Below, piece by piece: positions 50,256 through 61,601 of a stretch of DNA of 64,000 nucleotides. The DNA is from Octopus sinensis (taxonomy: Eukaryota), in assembly GCF_006345805.1 (NCBI RefSeq), contig NW_021830031.1, forward strand, positions 124,001 to 188,000, written 5' to 3'. The position numbers and the translations under genes were made by a program. Below the pieces are notes generated by a model. It was not told the origin of the DNA. It searched no databases and worked only from the letters and a program-made list of their open reading frames with translations. How positions within the stretch are numbered: the stretch's first letter is position 1; each line of letters starts with the position of its first letter.

Positions 50256-53177
50256 TAATTTGGTTGTGTTCAGACCTGGAGAGGGATAGGCCTATGTGAG
50301 GTTTAAATTGCCTGATGCATCTTATGTTGCGACAGTGCCTTTACTTCTCCATTGCAGCTCGGGTGCCCACCAGCACACATCAGCAACTCCAAAATTTCCC
50401 AGAATTTATATCTATATTTAGGAAGTAGCTGGGCCTGTACCATCGAAAATGATGGCTAATTGTAGTATTTTAGATATAAATCATCATCATCATCATCATC
50501 GTTTAGCATTCGCTTTCCATGCTAGCATGGGTTGGACGGTTCAACTGGGGTCTGGGAAGCCAGAACGCTGCACCAAGCTCAGTCTGATCTGGCAATGTTT
50601 CTACGGCTGGATGCCCTTCCTAATGCCAACCACTCCAAATATGGATGGTAATTCAAATTAGTACACTTGTCAATGTTATCTTGTGATTGTCTTTTAAGAT
50701 GTGACATCAAGACACAAACATTCACATACCACCCCTTTTACATACACACATATACTCATGCTGAGTTGAAACGCTCCCACTACCAGTTTGCCATCACCCC
50801 TTCCTTTCTCATTCATATGTTGTGACGGAGAAAAACACGAGTATTATCATAGTAAATGGTGTCCAGCCAATACAGACGATGCTGAAGATGACATGGGAGC
50901 TCATTGCAGCTCTGCAGCTTAATGGGTCCCTGTCAGGCCATGCTACCCGTGCCAGCATGGAAAGCAGATGTTAAATGATGCTGATGTTTATATTTATAAT
51001 TTTGTGTGTGAAAAAAAATATACACACAGGCATGGCATGGCTGTATGGTGAGAAGGCTTGCTTCCTGACCACATGGTTCCACTGTGTTTGCCCCCCATCC
51101 ACCCAACATCGCTTGACAATCGATGCTGGTGTATTTATGTCCCCGTAACTTAGCAGTTCGGCAAATGGGACCAATAGAATATGTACTAGGCTTACAAAGA
51201 ATAAGTCCTGGGGTCAATTTGCTCGACTAAAGGTGGTGCTGCAGCATGGCCACAGTCAAATGACTGAAACAAGTAAAAGAGTAATGAGTATATCATCACC
51301 ATCATTTAACGTATGTTTTCCATGCTGGCCAGCTGAAGGTCTGTTCAGGGTTCATGTCTGATTTGGCATGGTTTCTATGGCTGGACGCCCTTCCTAATGC
51401 CAACCACTTTACAGAGTGTACTGGATGCTTTTATACAGCACCAGCACTTACAAACCCGCAAGATTGGGGATGCTCATCTTGCAAGGGATGCAGGGAACGA
51501 GCCTGTATACAAGGGCAACAACACTTTTACTTGGCTTGACATGTCTTTCCAAGCACAGCAAACCGTCAGGAGTCACAGTTCCCTGCCAAAGCCTCTATGA
51601 TTCCCATTTGTAGATCCTTTCTCACCACTTTATACCACGTCTTCCTACATCTACCCCTTCCACTTGGTCCCTCTAAAATTAGAGAGCAACACTTCTTGGT
51701 GCAACTGTCCTCATCGATACGCATTACATGACTGTACCAGCACACTGTTCTCTTACACACTACATCGGATGCCTCAGATACTCAGTTTTTCTCTCAAATC
51801 ACATATACTGTCCTATATGCGCCCTGACATTACCCATCCAGCAGACCATACTGTCTTCATTTCTTTCAAGGCTTCACACATGTATATACATATATACAAT
51901 ACACACACACACATCACATATATATGTGTATAAAACTAAAAAGTGGAAAATGTTTTGGTGTTATTTATTCCATACTACATGTTTTGTTGCTTGGACTTGT
52001 TCCTTGTAGGGGAACTTTCTAGGTGCAATCCCATGGTCAGTCATGACCAAAGGGAGTCTTGACCTATTAACTGGTTTCATCTGGTTTTGATAAACATTTT
52101 TTTTTTACTCTGTCAAATGTAATATTTAGTAATTCACATTATTTTGAATTAATCATGTGTTATCTCATAGCTTCTAGATTTCAATACTGTCGTTGTTTAT
52201 TTTAAGAATGACATTGTAGGGTAGGTGTGAGAGGCCAGCTTTAACATAAGATATGTAGAATATTGGGGCTGGATATGGCCAGTTAAAGTTAAACACATTT
52301 CTAATCTGTATTCAATTATTCATTTGTGGTATATTCAATTTAACCCTTTAGCATACAGATTCTCTTCCTTCACTCTACCGTCCCATTTATATTCTAATCC
52401 CCATCCTTTGTGAGTATGCTCCAGCACTTAACCACCATCTCTCTCTTGCTGTCTCCCACACTCACCCCCTCTCTCTCTCTCTCTCTCTCTCTCTCATTCT
52501 CTAGCTCTTCCATCAGGCTAGGTAGCCATGTATCTCCTTTACAGCAGCACGCCTGTTTCTGTTCTCATTCTTGATCACTCTCCCTCTCTGTCTATCTCTC
52601 TGCTCAGGTTACCATGTACCTCCTCTACTGCAAGACACCTGTTTCTATCTCTCTATCATGCTCTAACGTTTCATCTGACGTGACCACCTCCTCCAATGCT
52701 CCCACTCCTCTCGAAGGATCTTTGTCTTGTGAGTTACTTGTTCATCCTGCCAGTGCTGGTGCCCACATAAAAAGCATCTAGTCCACACTGTGAAGTGGTT
52801 GGCATTTGGAAGGGCATCCAGCTGTAAAAACCATGCCAAAATTGACCTTGCCTGTGTCCTGGTGCCACATAAAAAGCACTCGGTCCACTCTGCTGGATGG
52901 TTGGAGTCAGGAAAGGCATCCGACCATAAAAAAAACCATGTCAAAACAAACAAAGAAGTCTGGTGCAGGCTCCTGGCTGGTTCCTTTCAAATGGTCCAAC
53001 ACATTCCACCGTGGAAGACAGATATTATACGATGATGACGATGACAATTACGATGATTACTCTGTCAAATGTAATGCATATTTCTTCACATTGTCTTGAA
53101 TTAATCCTGCATCATCTCATACCTTTTGAGATTTCAATTATGAGATTGTCTGCTTTAAGAATGACATTGCAGGGTAG

Positions 53178-53464
53178 ACACTTGCTGCCGACCGCTCATC
53201 CTGGTGAAGCGCAATCACCACAGGAGCAGGGACAGCCGAGGAGGGACGGATTCAGTCAGCAGAGCAGAAACGCCAGATGCGGAAAGCCAGAGCCGCCTGC
53301 ACCAGTAGCACGGCCCCTACCCAATTCTGCCCCACCTGTGGGAGGGGCTTCCTTGCCCGGATTGGCCTCACCAGCCACCTCCGGTCTCATAGCGGCAGTT
53401 CCACCAGATGATGTCAGTGGTCATCTTCGAACCCGAATGACGAACATTATTATTATTATTATTA
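53178..53464 (+). mobile_element. 3' end of an RTE-BovB-like LINE inside a piggyBac-type MITE
   Basis: LAADRSSW...EQKRQMRKARA...CPTCGRGFLARIGLTSHLRSH (C2H2-type finger); tail GTCATCTTCGAACCCGAATGACGAAC + (ATT)n. Confidence 0.88.
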
Positions 53465-53574
53465 TATGAGTCTGTATTTGACCAGTTTGATCATAAAACA
53501 AATAGGATATTTTGGTTGGGTATGGCTGGTTTAAATGCTAAAGTGTTAACTAATTTTTTTTCCTTTCATTTCAG

Positions 53575-54548
53575 CTCGTTTGTCATTCAAACCATTGGAT
53601 GCCAAGCCTGTTAATGCCTGCAGCAAGAAGCGCAAGCTGTCTGACCAAGACACTAGCCTGAGCAAAACTGCCAAGATTCAAAAGGCAAATATCGAAAATA
53701 AAGTAAAACTTCACAATAATATTACAAATAATAATGGTATTAATAACACCAACACTAACAATAATAGTAACAGTGGTAGTATTAGTAATGTTAATAAAAA
53801 TAATAGTAGTAATGTTGCCGAGATGGAAGTGTGCGATGAGGTTATTTCCAGTTCTGGTTCGAGCGGTGTCGCAACGCCAATGCTACAGACTGTGAAGTCT
53901 CACACGTTGGACAAGTTCTTCTCATCAAGAAACGTCCAAGATGAGATCATTTCTAGTTCCACTAATGACGTCATTGATTTGACCAGATCTGATGGGGATG
54001 ACAACATCAGTGAGAAATGTGAAGAGAATATAGAAAAAGAAAACAAACTGAGCAGCAACTTCAACGAAGATGCTAACTTTGCATTGCTTACAGACTCTCA
54101 AGCTAAGCCCAAGTCAGGCGTCAGCGATGCAAAGGGCAAGGTTCTCAAAGAGAAATTCGATCAGGTTGTGGGACGATCAGGCTGTGAAGTGAAAGTCTTT
54201 CTGCCCGACCTGGCACTTTGCGACATGTCTGTCTGTTCGTCTCCTGCCGACAGCAAGCTGATCAACTCTGCGCTCTCAGGTTCTAGTTGCAAATCCCCTC
54301 TGTCCACTTCCAAGTCCCCGAAGCAATGCTCAAAGTCACTGGTGATGCCGACATCCGGAGAACAGAAGGACGACGACGACTCCAGTTCAGAGCTTGACCT
54401 CTCCACATGTGCCACTCCCTGCAATGAGGAGTCTTCCACTACTTGTTCCGTGGCCAGTCACTCAGATGAGGACGTCACACCAATGGAAAATAATGAGAAA
54501 CCAAACCCATTGGCAAGTACTCCAAAACCTGCACAGGTGAAACAAAAG
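53575..54548 (+). CDS. CHAF1A: CHAF1A coding exon 3 (974 nt; disordered N-terminal region)
   Basis: TTTCATTTCAG|CTCGT; open frame ARLSFKPL...KKRK...TLDKFF...DVIDLT...VKVFLPDL...STPKPAQVKQK; donor AAG|GTGAGT. The motif order matches vertebrate p150. Confidence 0.93.
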
Positions 54549-54901
54549 GTGAGTAATAGAGTGGTATATGTGTATATATCTTTTATCTTTTACTTGTTTC
54601 AGTCATTAAACTGTGACTGTGGCCATGCTGGGGCACCACCTTGAAAGATTTGTAGACGAATGAATCGATACTCGTGCTTGGTGTTTTTGTTTATTTTAAG
54701 CCTAGTACTTATTCTGTTTGTCTCTTTTGCTGAACTGTTAAATTATGGGGACATAAACGCATCAACAGTGAGGTGGGTATGAACACAGACACAAAGACAC
54801 ACTCATATTTCACCAACCCTCAGATGTTTCCAAGAAAGATGATATTTTGCTTTGGTCAGGCATGTTTTTTCTCATAGACGTTTCAAGACGAACAACATAT
54901 G

Positions 54902-55020
54902 GTTTACGGCCATATCACATTGAAAGCACCGGCTCTCGTCTGATCACCAAAGTTAAGCAACATCAAGCCTAGTTAGTACATAGATGGGTGACCGCTTGGG
55001 AAACCCAGGTGCTGTAAGCG
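54902..55020 (+). pseudogene. Full-length 5S rRNA-derived copy (pseudogene or SINE3 head)
   Basis: GTTTACGGCCATATCACATTGAAAGCACCGG...AGTTAAGCAAC...GATGGGTGACCGCTTGGGAAACCCAGGTGCTGTAAGC follows the metazoan 5S sequence over 119 nt; no oligo-T terminator; CpG-type decay. Confidence 0.9.
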
Positions 55021-55757
55021 TCACACATTTATAGGAGGTCCGTTGCAGTCTAGTCTGGATTTAACATTCTCTATCTTAGTCGTCCATGTTCATTCTTATC
55101 TTTGTTGATCCTGACTTAGAGAATGAGATGTGTTCTATTGTTTGTTTCAGGCATCATAGAGACTAGTGTGTAGTTCCTTGACAACGGCGGTGCATCAGCA
55201 TGGCCGCAGCTATCTGCTGAAATTACAGCAAAAAGAAAGAATTGTTTGTATGATGGTGATGCTTGTTTACGACCACCACTTAGTGTCAAGACGTGCACAC
55301 ACACACAAAAACAAACATACATTGGGCTTCTTTCAGTTTCCATCTACCAAATCCTCTCACAAAACTGTTCATCATCATCATCATTTAGCGTCCGCTTTCC
55401 ATGCTAGCATGGGTTGGACGGTTGAACTGGGGTCTGTGAAGCCAGGAGGCTGCATCAGGCCCAGTCTGATCTGGCAGTGTTTCTACGGCTGGATGCCCTT
55501 CCTAACGCCAACCACTCCGTGAGTGTAGTGGGTGCTTTTCACGTGCCACCCACACAGCTATAATATAGTAAAAGACATTTACCCAAGGTACCATGCTATA
55601 GGACTGAACCCAAAACCACGTGGTTGGAAAGCAAACATCTTAACAACACAACCACATCTGCACCAAATTTAGTAAAATGTCAAAAGTTAAGATAAACTTT
55701 ACAGTTTCTCATCTGGGTTTCTATATTATCGGTTTCTCTCTCTCTCTCTCTCTCTAG

Positions 55758-55880
55758 CGACGACGAAGCGATCCGATAAGGCAGAAAATCAAGGAGGAGA
55801 GGGAAAAGGAACGATTGAAGAGGAAAGAGGAAAAAGAAAATGAACGACTGCAGAAACTACAACAACGTAAAGAAGATAAG
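55758..55880 (+). CDS. CHAF1A: CHAF1A coding exon 4 (start of the KER domain)
   Basis: (TC)nTAG|CGA; RRRSDPIRQKIKEEREKERLKRKEEKENERLQKLQQRKEDK; AAG|GTGAGC; 123 nt, phase 0-0. Confidence 0.92.
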
Positions 55881-55903
55881 GTGAGCAGATGTTGTTTTTA
55901 CAA

Positions 55904-56273
55904 ATCTTTATATATAAAAGTAAGGTTGTGTGTCTGTCTCCTACGATTTAGATTCCTAACTACTCCCACATTTTGCAGTGCAGTTTAACCAAAACCGGGT
56001 ATCTTATAGTTGTGATTCATATCGAGCCCTTCGATGAGTCTACGATTTTAAAAACAAATTTACCATCATTTTTTTCCATTTTAATGCATTTTTTCGCTAT
56101 TATATAAGGGAAGTAACTCTCTAAAAATGTCTACGATGAGTCAACGATTTAAAAAAAAAATTTACCATAGTTTTTTTTCCATTTTTTTGCTATTTTTTGG
56201 CTATAACTCTCTAAAAATGCTTATATAGTTATTCCCCTTACAAACCCGAGCAACGCCAGGTGATACTGCTAGT
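55904..56273 (-). mobile_element. Non-autonomous Helitron-like element (inverted copy of 7848-8245)
   Basis: High identity to the first copy, with an internal deletion of about 25 bp. Confidence 0.78.
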
Positions 56274-56277
56274 ATTT

Positions 56278-56527
56278 ATATAAATTAGAAAAAAAACCAC
56301 CTTTTATGAATTCAATAATGAAAAATTAAATTATACCATTTAGAAAAATTAAATCTTATGGAAAGATTAAATATAAGATAAAACATAACAATGATTAAGT
56401 AATGTGCAAAATAATAAATAAAACGTGTATATTTAATCTTTCTATAAGATTTAATTTTTCTAAATGGTTATAATTTAATTTTTCATTAATGAATTGATAA
56501 AAGGTGGCTTTTTTCTAATTTACATAT
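56278..56527. other. AT-rich fold-back with about 98-bp arms
   Basis: ATATAAATTAGAAAAAAAACCACCTTTTAT...GAAAGATTAAATATA versus TATATTTAATCTTTC...ATAAAAGGTGGCTTTTTTCTAATTTACATAT; spacer about 52 nt. Confidence 0.9.
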
Positions 56528-56567
56528 ATATTATATTTTGTGAAATTCGATTTAGTATTTCTAAATT

Positions 56568-57978
56568 GAATTTTTCCCTGTAAGTTTGGAATAATATTCC
56601 CTCATCTTATTATTATTATTGTATATATATATGTGATGCTCCGAAATGGGTCTCAGGGAGTAGCGTCCTGAGCTAGTTTTCCACCACATTTCTCAAAAAT
56701 CATGCTAGAGGCCTTGGTCTCAGGACTACTCATGTCTAGAAATTGAGGCTGAGGGTAAGCAAGAGCATGCTCCCCGTAGAACATCCATTTCCAAATCTCA
56801 AAAAAAGTCTCATGGTAGCAAAGGTTGGGGGTGGGCTGCACCTGCCTACCTTGGTTACTATGGCATTGAGGTACATCCAGCCACTCCCGTTAACGGGGAC
56901 AAAACCCACATTTAAAACACTGGATGAAGATGATGGTGATGATATATGATGGGCTCCTTTCAGTTTCCATCTACCAAATCCATTCACAAGGCCCAAGGTG
57001 CTATGCATTGGGACTGAGCTCAGTACCATGTGGTTGGGAAGCAAGCTTCTTACCACACAGCCATGCCTGCACCTAATAATACTTTTTCCTACAAAATTTT
57101 TTGGGAAGGGGATAAACTGATTAGGATCTTTTCGGTTTGAACGGCAGTTTTTTCTAGCGGTGTCGTATGAAATTGTCACCCATAATTATGACCCTAGTAT
57201 CGATCTATTGCATTTCAATCTATTTTACGGTTATTGTTAGTTAGGATGGGGGGAAGGGTATCTTTTTTTCTTCACAAATGTAAATAAACCCGATCTGTTT
57301 TTTAAACGAGGGACATATTCATACGGCACAGAATGTTGTTTACCTCAATGGACGTCAGTGATTGGTTGAAATTGCAGAAAAAAACAACAAATATCTTACA
57401 AACTATAGAATTTTCTCAATAAAGCCAAGAGAAAAAGATGTTTTATAAACACATTCTACCAGTATACGAAGTTTAAAATTTTTTAGTTACCTAGAAATTA
57501 TGTTAAAAACTGCCGTTCAAACCGAAAAGATCCACTGATTACATCAACTCCAGTTCTCAACCGGTACTTGTTCCATCAACCCTGCCAAAAGAGCTAAAAA
57601 GCAAAGACCACTTTGGCAGAAACCAGAAGAAATGCTGCTAAGCATTCTCTTGTGTGTGCTAATGATTCATCCAGTGCTTGGACCCTAACCCTGTCACACT
57701 GTGATCTTGTTATTGTGTGAATAACGGGAGTGGCTGGATGTACCTCAATGCCATAGCAACCAAGGTAGGCAGGTGCAGCCCACCCCCAACCTTTGCTATC
57801 ATGAGACTTTTTTTGAGATTTGGAAATGGATTTTCTACAGGGAGCATGCTCTTGCTTACCCCCAGCCTCAGTTTCTAGCCATGAGTAGTCCTGAGACCAA
57901 GGCCTCTACCATGATTTTTGAGAAATGTGATGGAAAACTAGCTCAGGACGCTACTCCCTGAGACCCCTTTCGGAGCAC

Positions 57979-58010
<32 letters not shown>

Positions 58011-58059
58011 ATAATAATAAGATGAGGGAATATTATTCCAAACTTACAGGGAAAAATTC
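56568..58059. repeat. Long inverted repeat: arms 56568-56892 and 57722-58059
   Basis: About 11 substitutions in about 270 non-microsatellite bp by manual comparison. Confidence 0.95.
57124..57533. mobile_element. 410-bp MITE with 28-bp perfect TIRs and 8-bp TSD (Merlin-like)
   Basis: GGATCTTTTCGGTTTGAACGGCAGTTTT at both ends; ACTGATTA duplicated; inserted in a SINE B. Superfamily inferred from the GG termini and 8-bp TSD. Confidence 0.88.
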
Positions 58060-59129
58060 TCTGCTGGATTCCCGGTAAAATGGTAAGGAAGAACACATGC
58101 GTTTTGCTCGGCATGTTAACGATTCTGCCAGCTCTTGTTGCCTAGACAATAATAATGATGATAATAATAATAACTGTTCCAAATTTTGCCACAAGACCAG
58201 CAATTTTGGGGAAGTGGATGAGTTGATTACATTGACCCCAGTATTCAACTGGTACTTATTTTATTGACCCCGAAAGGATGAAAGGCAGAGTCGACCTTAG
58301 TGGAATTTGAACTCAGAACATAGTGATGGGTGATATACTGCTAAGCATTTTTGTCCAGTGTGCTAACGATTCTGCCAGCTCACCACCTAAATAATAATAA
58401 TAATAATAATAATAATTTATTCAAAATTTGGTGAATGGGGATTAGGAGATATTATTGGCCTCAGTTGTTCTTATAAACATCTCATTTTTAAATTGTGGAG
58501 AGATGAAAGGGGGTGTTGGTCACAGTTCTTTAGGTTCATTCTTTGTTATGCATAATATCTATCTATATTGTCCTGTCTTGTCTCATAGGCCTTTAGCATT
58601 CAGATTACTCTCAAATGTGATGCTTATTTATTTACATTATTTTAAATTAATCATGCCAAGTGAAATTGTAGTTGTGGCCGATAGCAGTGCCATCTGACTG
58701 GCGCATAAAAAGCACCATTTGAGCGTTGGGCCTCTTGGAGGCAGTGACAGATGACCGAGACTTTTGGCGATATACTGTGCTTGTGTAGACCTGTCAAGCG
58801 AAGTGAGACCGTAGTGTTGACCGATGCCGGTGTCAGGTCAATGGCACGTAAAAAAACATCCGCTACATTCTCAGTACGGTTGGCGTTAGGGAGGGCATCC
58901 AGCTGTAGAGACCGTGCCAAATCAGATCAGAATCTGGTGCAGCTCCCCAGCATACCAGCTTTCAGTCAAACCATCCAACCATGCCAGCATGGAAAGCGGA
59001 CGTTACATGATGATGATGTGATTGTTTATTTTAACAATGATATTGCAGGGTAGGTGTGAGGGGCCAGCTCTGGCCGGATCGGACATAAAAACAAAATGAA
59101 TATTTTGGCCTGATATGGGCAGTTTAAAT

Positions 59130-59390
59130 CAGGACTGTGGAGTTGGAAATAACTAAGGAGTAGCTGGAGTCAGAGTTGGTATAGTTTTACTGACTCCGAC
59201 TCCAACCCATAATAACTTTCTTCTTTAATATAAACCAGTTATAACCTATAGGCCTACTCAAAGTACAAGCGTATGTATATGCTTTATGAGATAAGCAGAC
59301 CACAATCACTTAATTGCATAAAGAGGAGTCAGAGTCGCCAATAGTAGAGGAGTTAGAGTCAAAGGTTATTGTTTTGACTCCGCAGCCCTG
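59130..59390. mobile_element. hAT-type MITE, 261 bp
   Basis: CAGG(A/G)CTG ... CAGCCCTG termini, subterminal GAGTC repeats, 8-bp TSD GTTTAAAT. Confidence 0.88.
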
Positions 59391-59669
59391 GTTTAAATGC
59401 TAAAAGGTTAAATTAGCTCCTATTCAATAACCGAAGCCAAGAAAAAAACTGACTCATCTTCTCTGATTGTTTGTTTTTTTAGATTTGGACCTAGTTTCAA
59501 CCTCTCATGTATAAATGAGAGAAAATGAAAAGGAGAGGGGTTGATATAGAGGTGTGTTTGTCTATACACATGCATTTAGTTTGTATATACATACATTAAG
59601 CGAGAGAGAGGTACATGCATACATATAGTCTTTGTGTGTGAATAAGATATACAAAACCGAAATCGATCA

Positions 59670-60020
59670 ACATCAATGGAAATTGGAGCTGTGATGCCAG
59701 TGCCGGTGGCACGTAAGCTAACCATCCGAATGTGGCCATTGCTAGCGCCGCCCCGACAGGCCTCCGTGCCAGTGGCACGTAAAAAGCACCATCCGACCAT
59801 AGCCGTTTGCCAGCCCCGTCTGGCACCTGTGTCGGTGACACGTAAAAAGCACCCACTACACTCACGGAGTGGTTGGCGTTAGGAAGGACATCCAGCCGTA
59901 GAAACATTGCCAGATCAGACTGGGCCTGGTGCAGCCTTCTGGCCTCCCCGACCCCAGTTGAACTGTCCAACCCATGCTAGCATGGAAAGCGGATGCTAAA
60001 TGATGATGATGATGATGATT
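59670..60020 (+). mobile_element. SINE C
   Basis: Family body and (GAT)n tail; another + copy at about 58655-59018. Confidence 0.82.
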
Positions 60021-60234
60021 ATGTATGTACCTTCCGACCTATAATTTTAGCACTCCCTCTATAATGGCCAAACAAAAGGCTACTTACTCTGGCCTAGAAA
60101 TTGACTAGCGAATGTCTAGTTGTTAAATGAGGTCATTGTATTAAAATCAACTTATTTTTTTTTGCTACACATTGCCTAACTACTAAATGTGTCACATCAA
60201 ATTAATATACGCCCAATTATTATTATTATGGCGA

Positions 60235-61410
60235 AGGTGGTGAGCTGGTAGAATTGTTAGCACACCTAGTGAAATGCTTAGTGGTATTTGAGCTGGCAGA
60301 AACGTTAGCACGCCGGGTGAAATGCTTAGCTGTATTTCGTCTGCCGTTGCCTTGTGAGTTCAATTTCCGCCGAGGTCGACTTTGCCTTTCATCCTTTTGG
60401 GGTCGATAAATTAAGTACCAGTTACGAACTGGGGTCGATGTAATCGACTTAATACCTATGTCTGTCCTTGTTTGTCCCCTCTATGTTTAGCCCCTTGTGG
60501 GTAATAAAGAAATAAGAAACATTAGTACGCTGGGCGAAGTGCTTAGCGGTATTTCGTCTGCCGTTGCGTTGTGAGTTCAATTTCCGCCGAGGTCGACTTT
60601 GCCTTTCATCCTTTCGGGGTCGATGTAATCGACTTAATACCTATGTCTGTCCTTGTTTGTCCCCTCTATGTTTAGCCCCTTGTGGGTAATAAAGAAATAG
60701 GTATTTTGTCTGGCTTTACATTCTGAGTTCAAATTCTGCTGAGATTGACTTTGCCTTTCATCCTTTTGGTGTTGATAAAATGAGTACCAGTTGAGTACTG
60801 GGGTTGATGTAATCAACTTAAAACCTCTCCTCCCCGAAATTTCAGACCTTGTACCTAGAGTACAAAAGAATAAAATAAGTACGAGTTGATTACTGAGGAT
60901 CGATGAAATTGGCTGGCCCACCTCCCACAAAATTTCAGGACTTATGCCTGTAGTAGAAAGAATTATTATTATTATTATTATTAATAATAATAATAAGGTG
61001 GTGCGGTGGCAGAATCGTTAGCATGTTGGCATTTCCTTTGTCTTAATGTTCTAAGTTCAACTTCTGCCAAGGTCAACTTTTCCTTTCAGCCTTTCAGGAC
61101 CGATAAATTAAGTACCAGTTGAGCACTGGGGTCAATGTAATTGACACGCCCCTTTCCTCAAAGTTGTTGGCCTTGTACCAAAATTTCAAGTTTTGTACCT
61201 AGAAATAGTTATAATAATATTTTTATTATTGTTATTATTATTTTATGTTATATTATTCTGTTCTGTTCTGAGTTCAAATTCTGCTGAGGTCAACTTTGCC
61301 TTTCATCCTTTCAGGGTTGATTAAATAAATACCAGTTACATACTGGGGTCGATATAATCGACTTAATCCCTTCCCTTGAATTTGAATCCTTGTGCTTCCA
61401 GTAGAAAGGA
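60235..61410 (+). mobile_element. Head-to-tail cluster of 5-6 SINE B copies
   Basis: Tails ...GTAATAAAGAAATA run into AGAAAC.TTAG or GGTATTT of the next head. Confidence 0.85.
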
Positions 61411-61458
61411 TTATTGTTATATATTTTTCTAAAGTTACTTTCTGTTTGTATAACTCAG

Positions 61459-61601
61459 GAGAGGAAATCTCTAGAACGGCAACACCTAAAGATACAGAAA
61501 GATAAAGAGCGTTTGGAGAAGGAGAAGCAGCGAGAGATGGAACGACTGGAGAAAGAAAAACTGAAAGATGAACTGCGTCGTAAGAAGCAAGATATGATAG
61601 A
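61459..61601 (+). CDS. CHAF1A: CHAF1A coding exon 5 (KER domain)
   Basis: CTCAG|GAG; ERKSLERQHLKIQKDKERLEKEKQREMERLEKEKLKDELRRKKQDMI; GA|GTGAGT; phase 0-2. Confidence 0.92.

Noticed and set aside
50358-50430. Cryptic acceptor CTCCATTGCAG|CTCGG mimicking the start of exon 3
   Set aside because: It leads to a stop after about 23 codons, and there is no support beyond a good-looking acceptor.
53580-54644. 354-aa stand-alone ORF from the ORF track
   Set aside because: It is CHAF1A exon 3; the TTG start and the last 31 residues are artefacts of ignoring splicing.
54902-55020. Functional 5S rRNA gene
   Set aside because: Single intronic copy, CpG-type substitutions including in the control region, and no oligo-T terminator.
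56653-57961. Paired ORFs MQPTPNLCYHETFFEIWKW...
   Set aside because: These are the two arms of the inverted repeat; no protein family was recognised with confidence.
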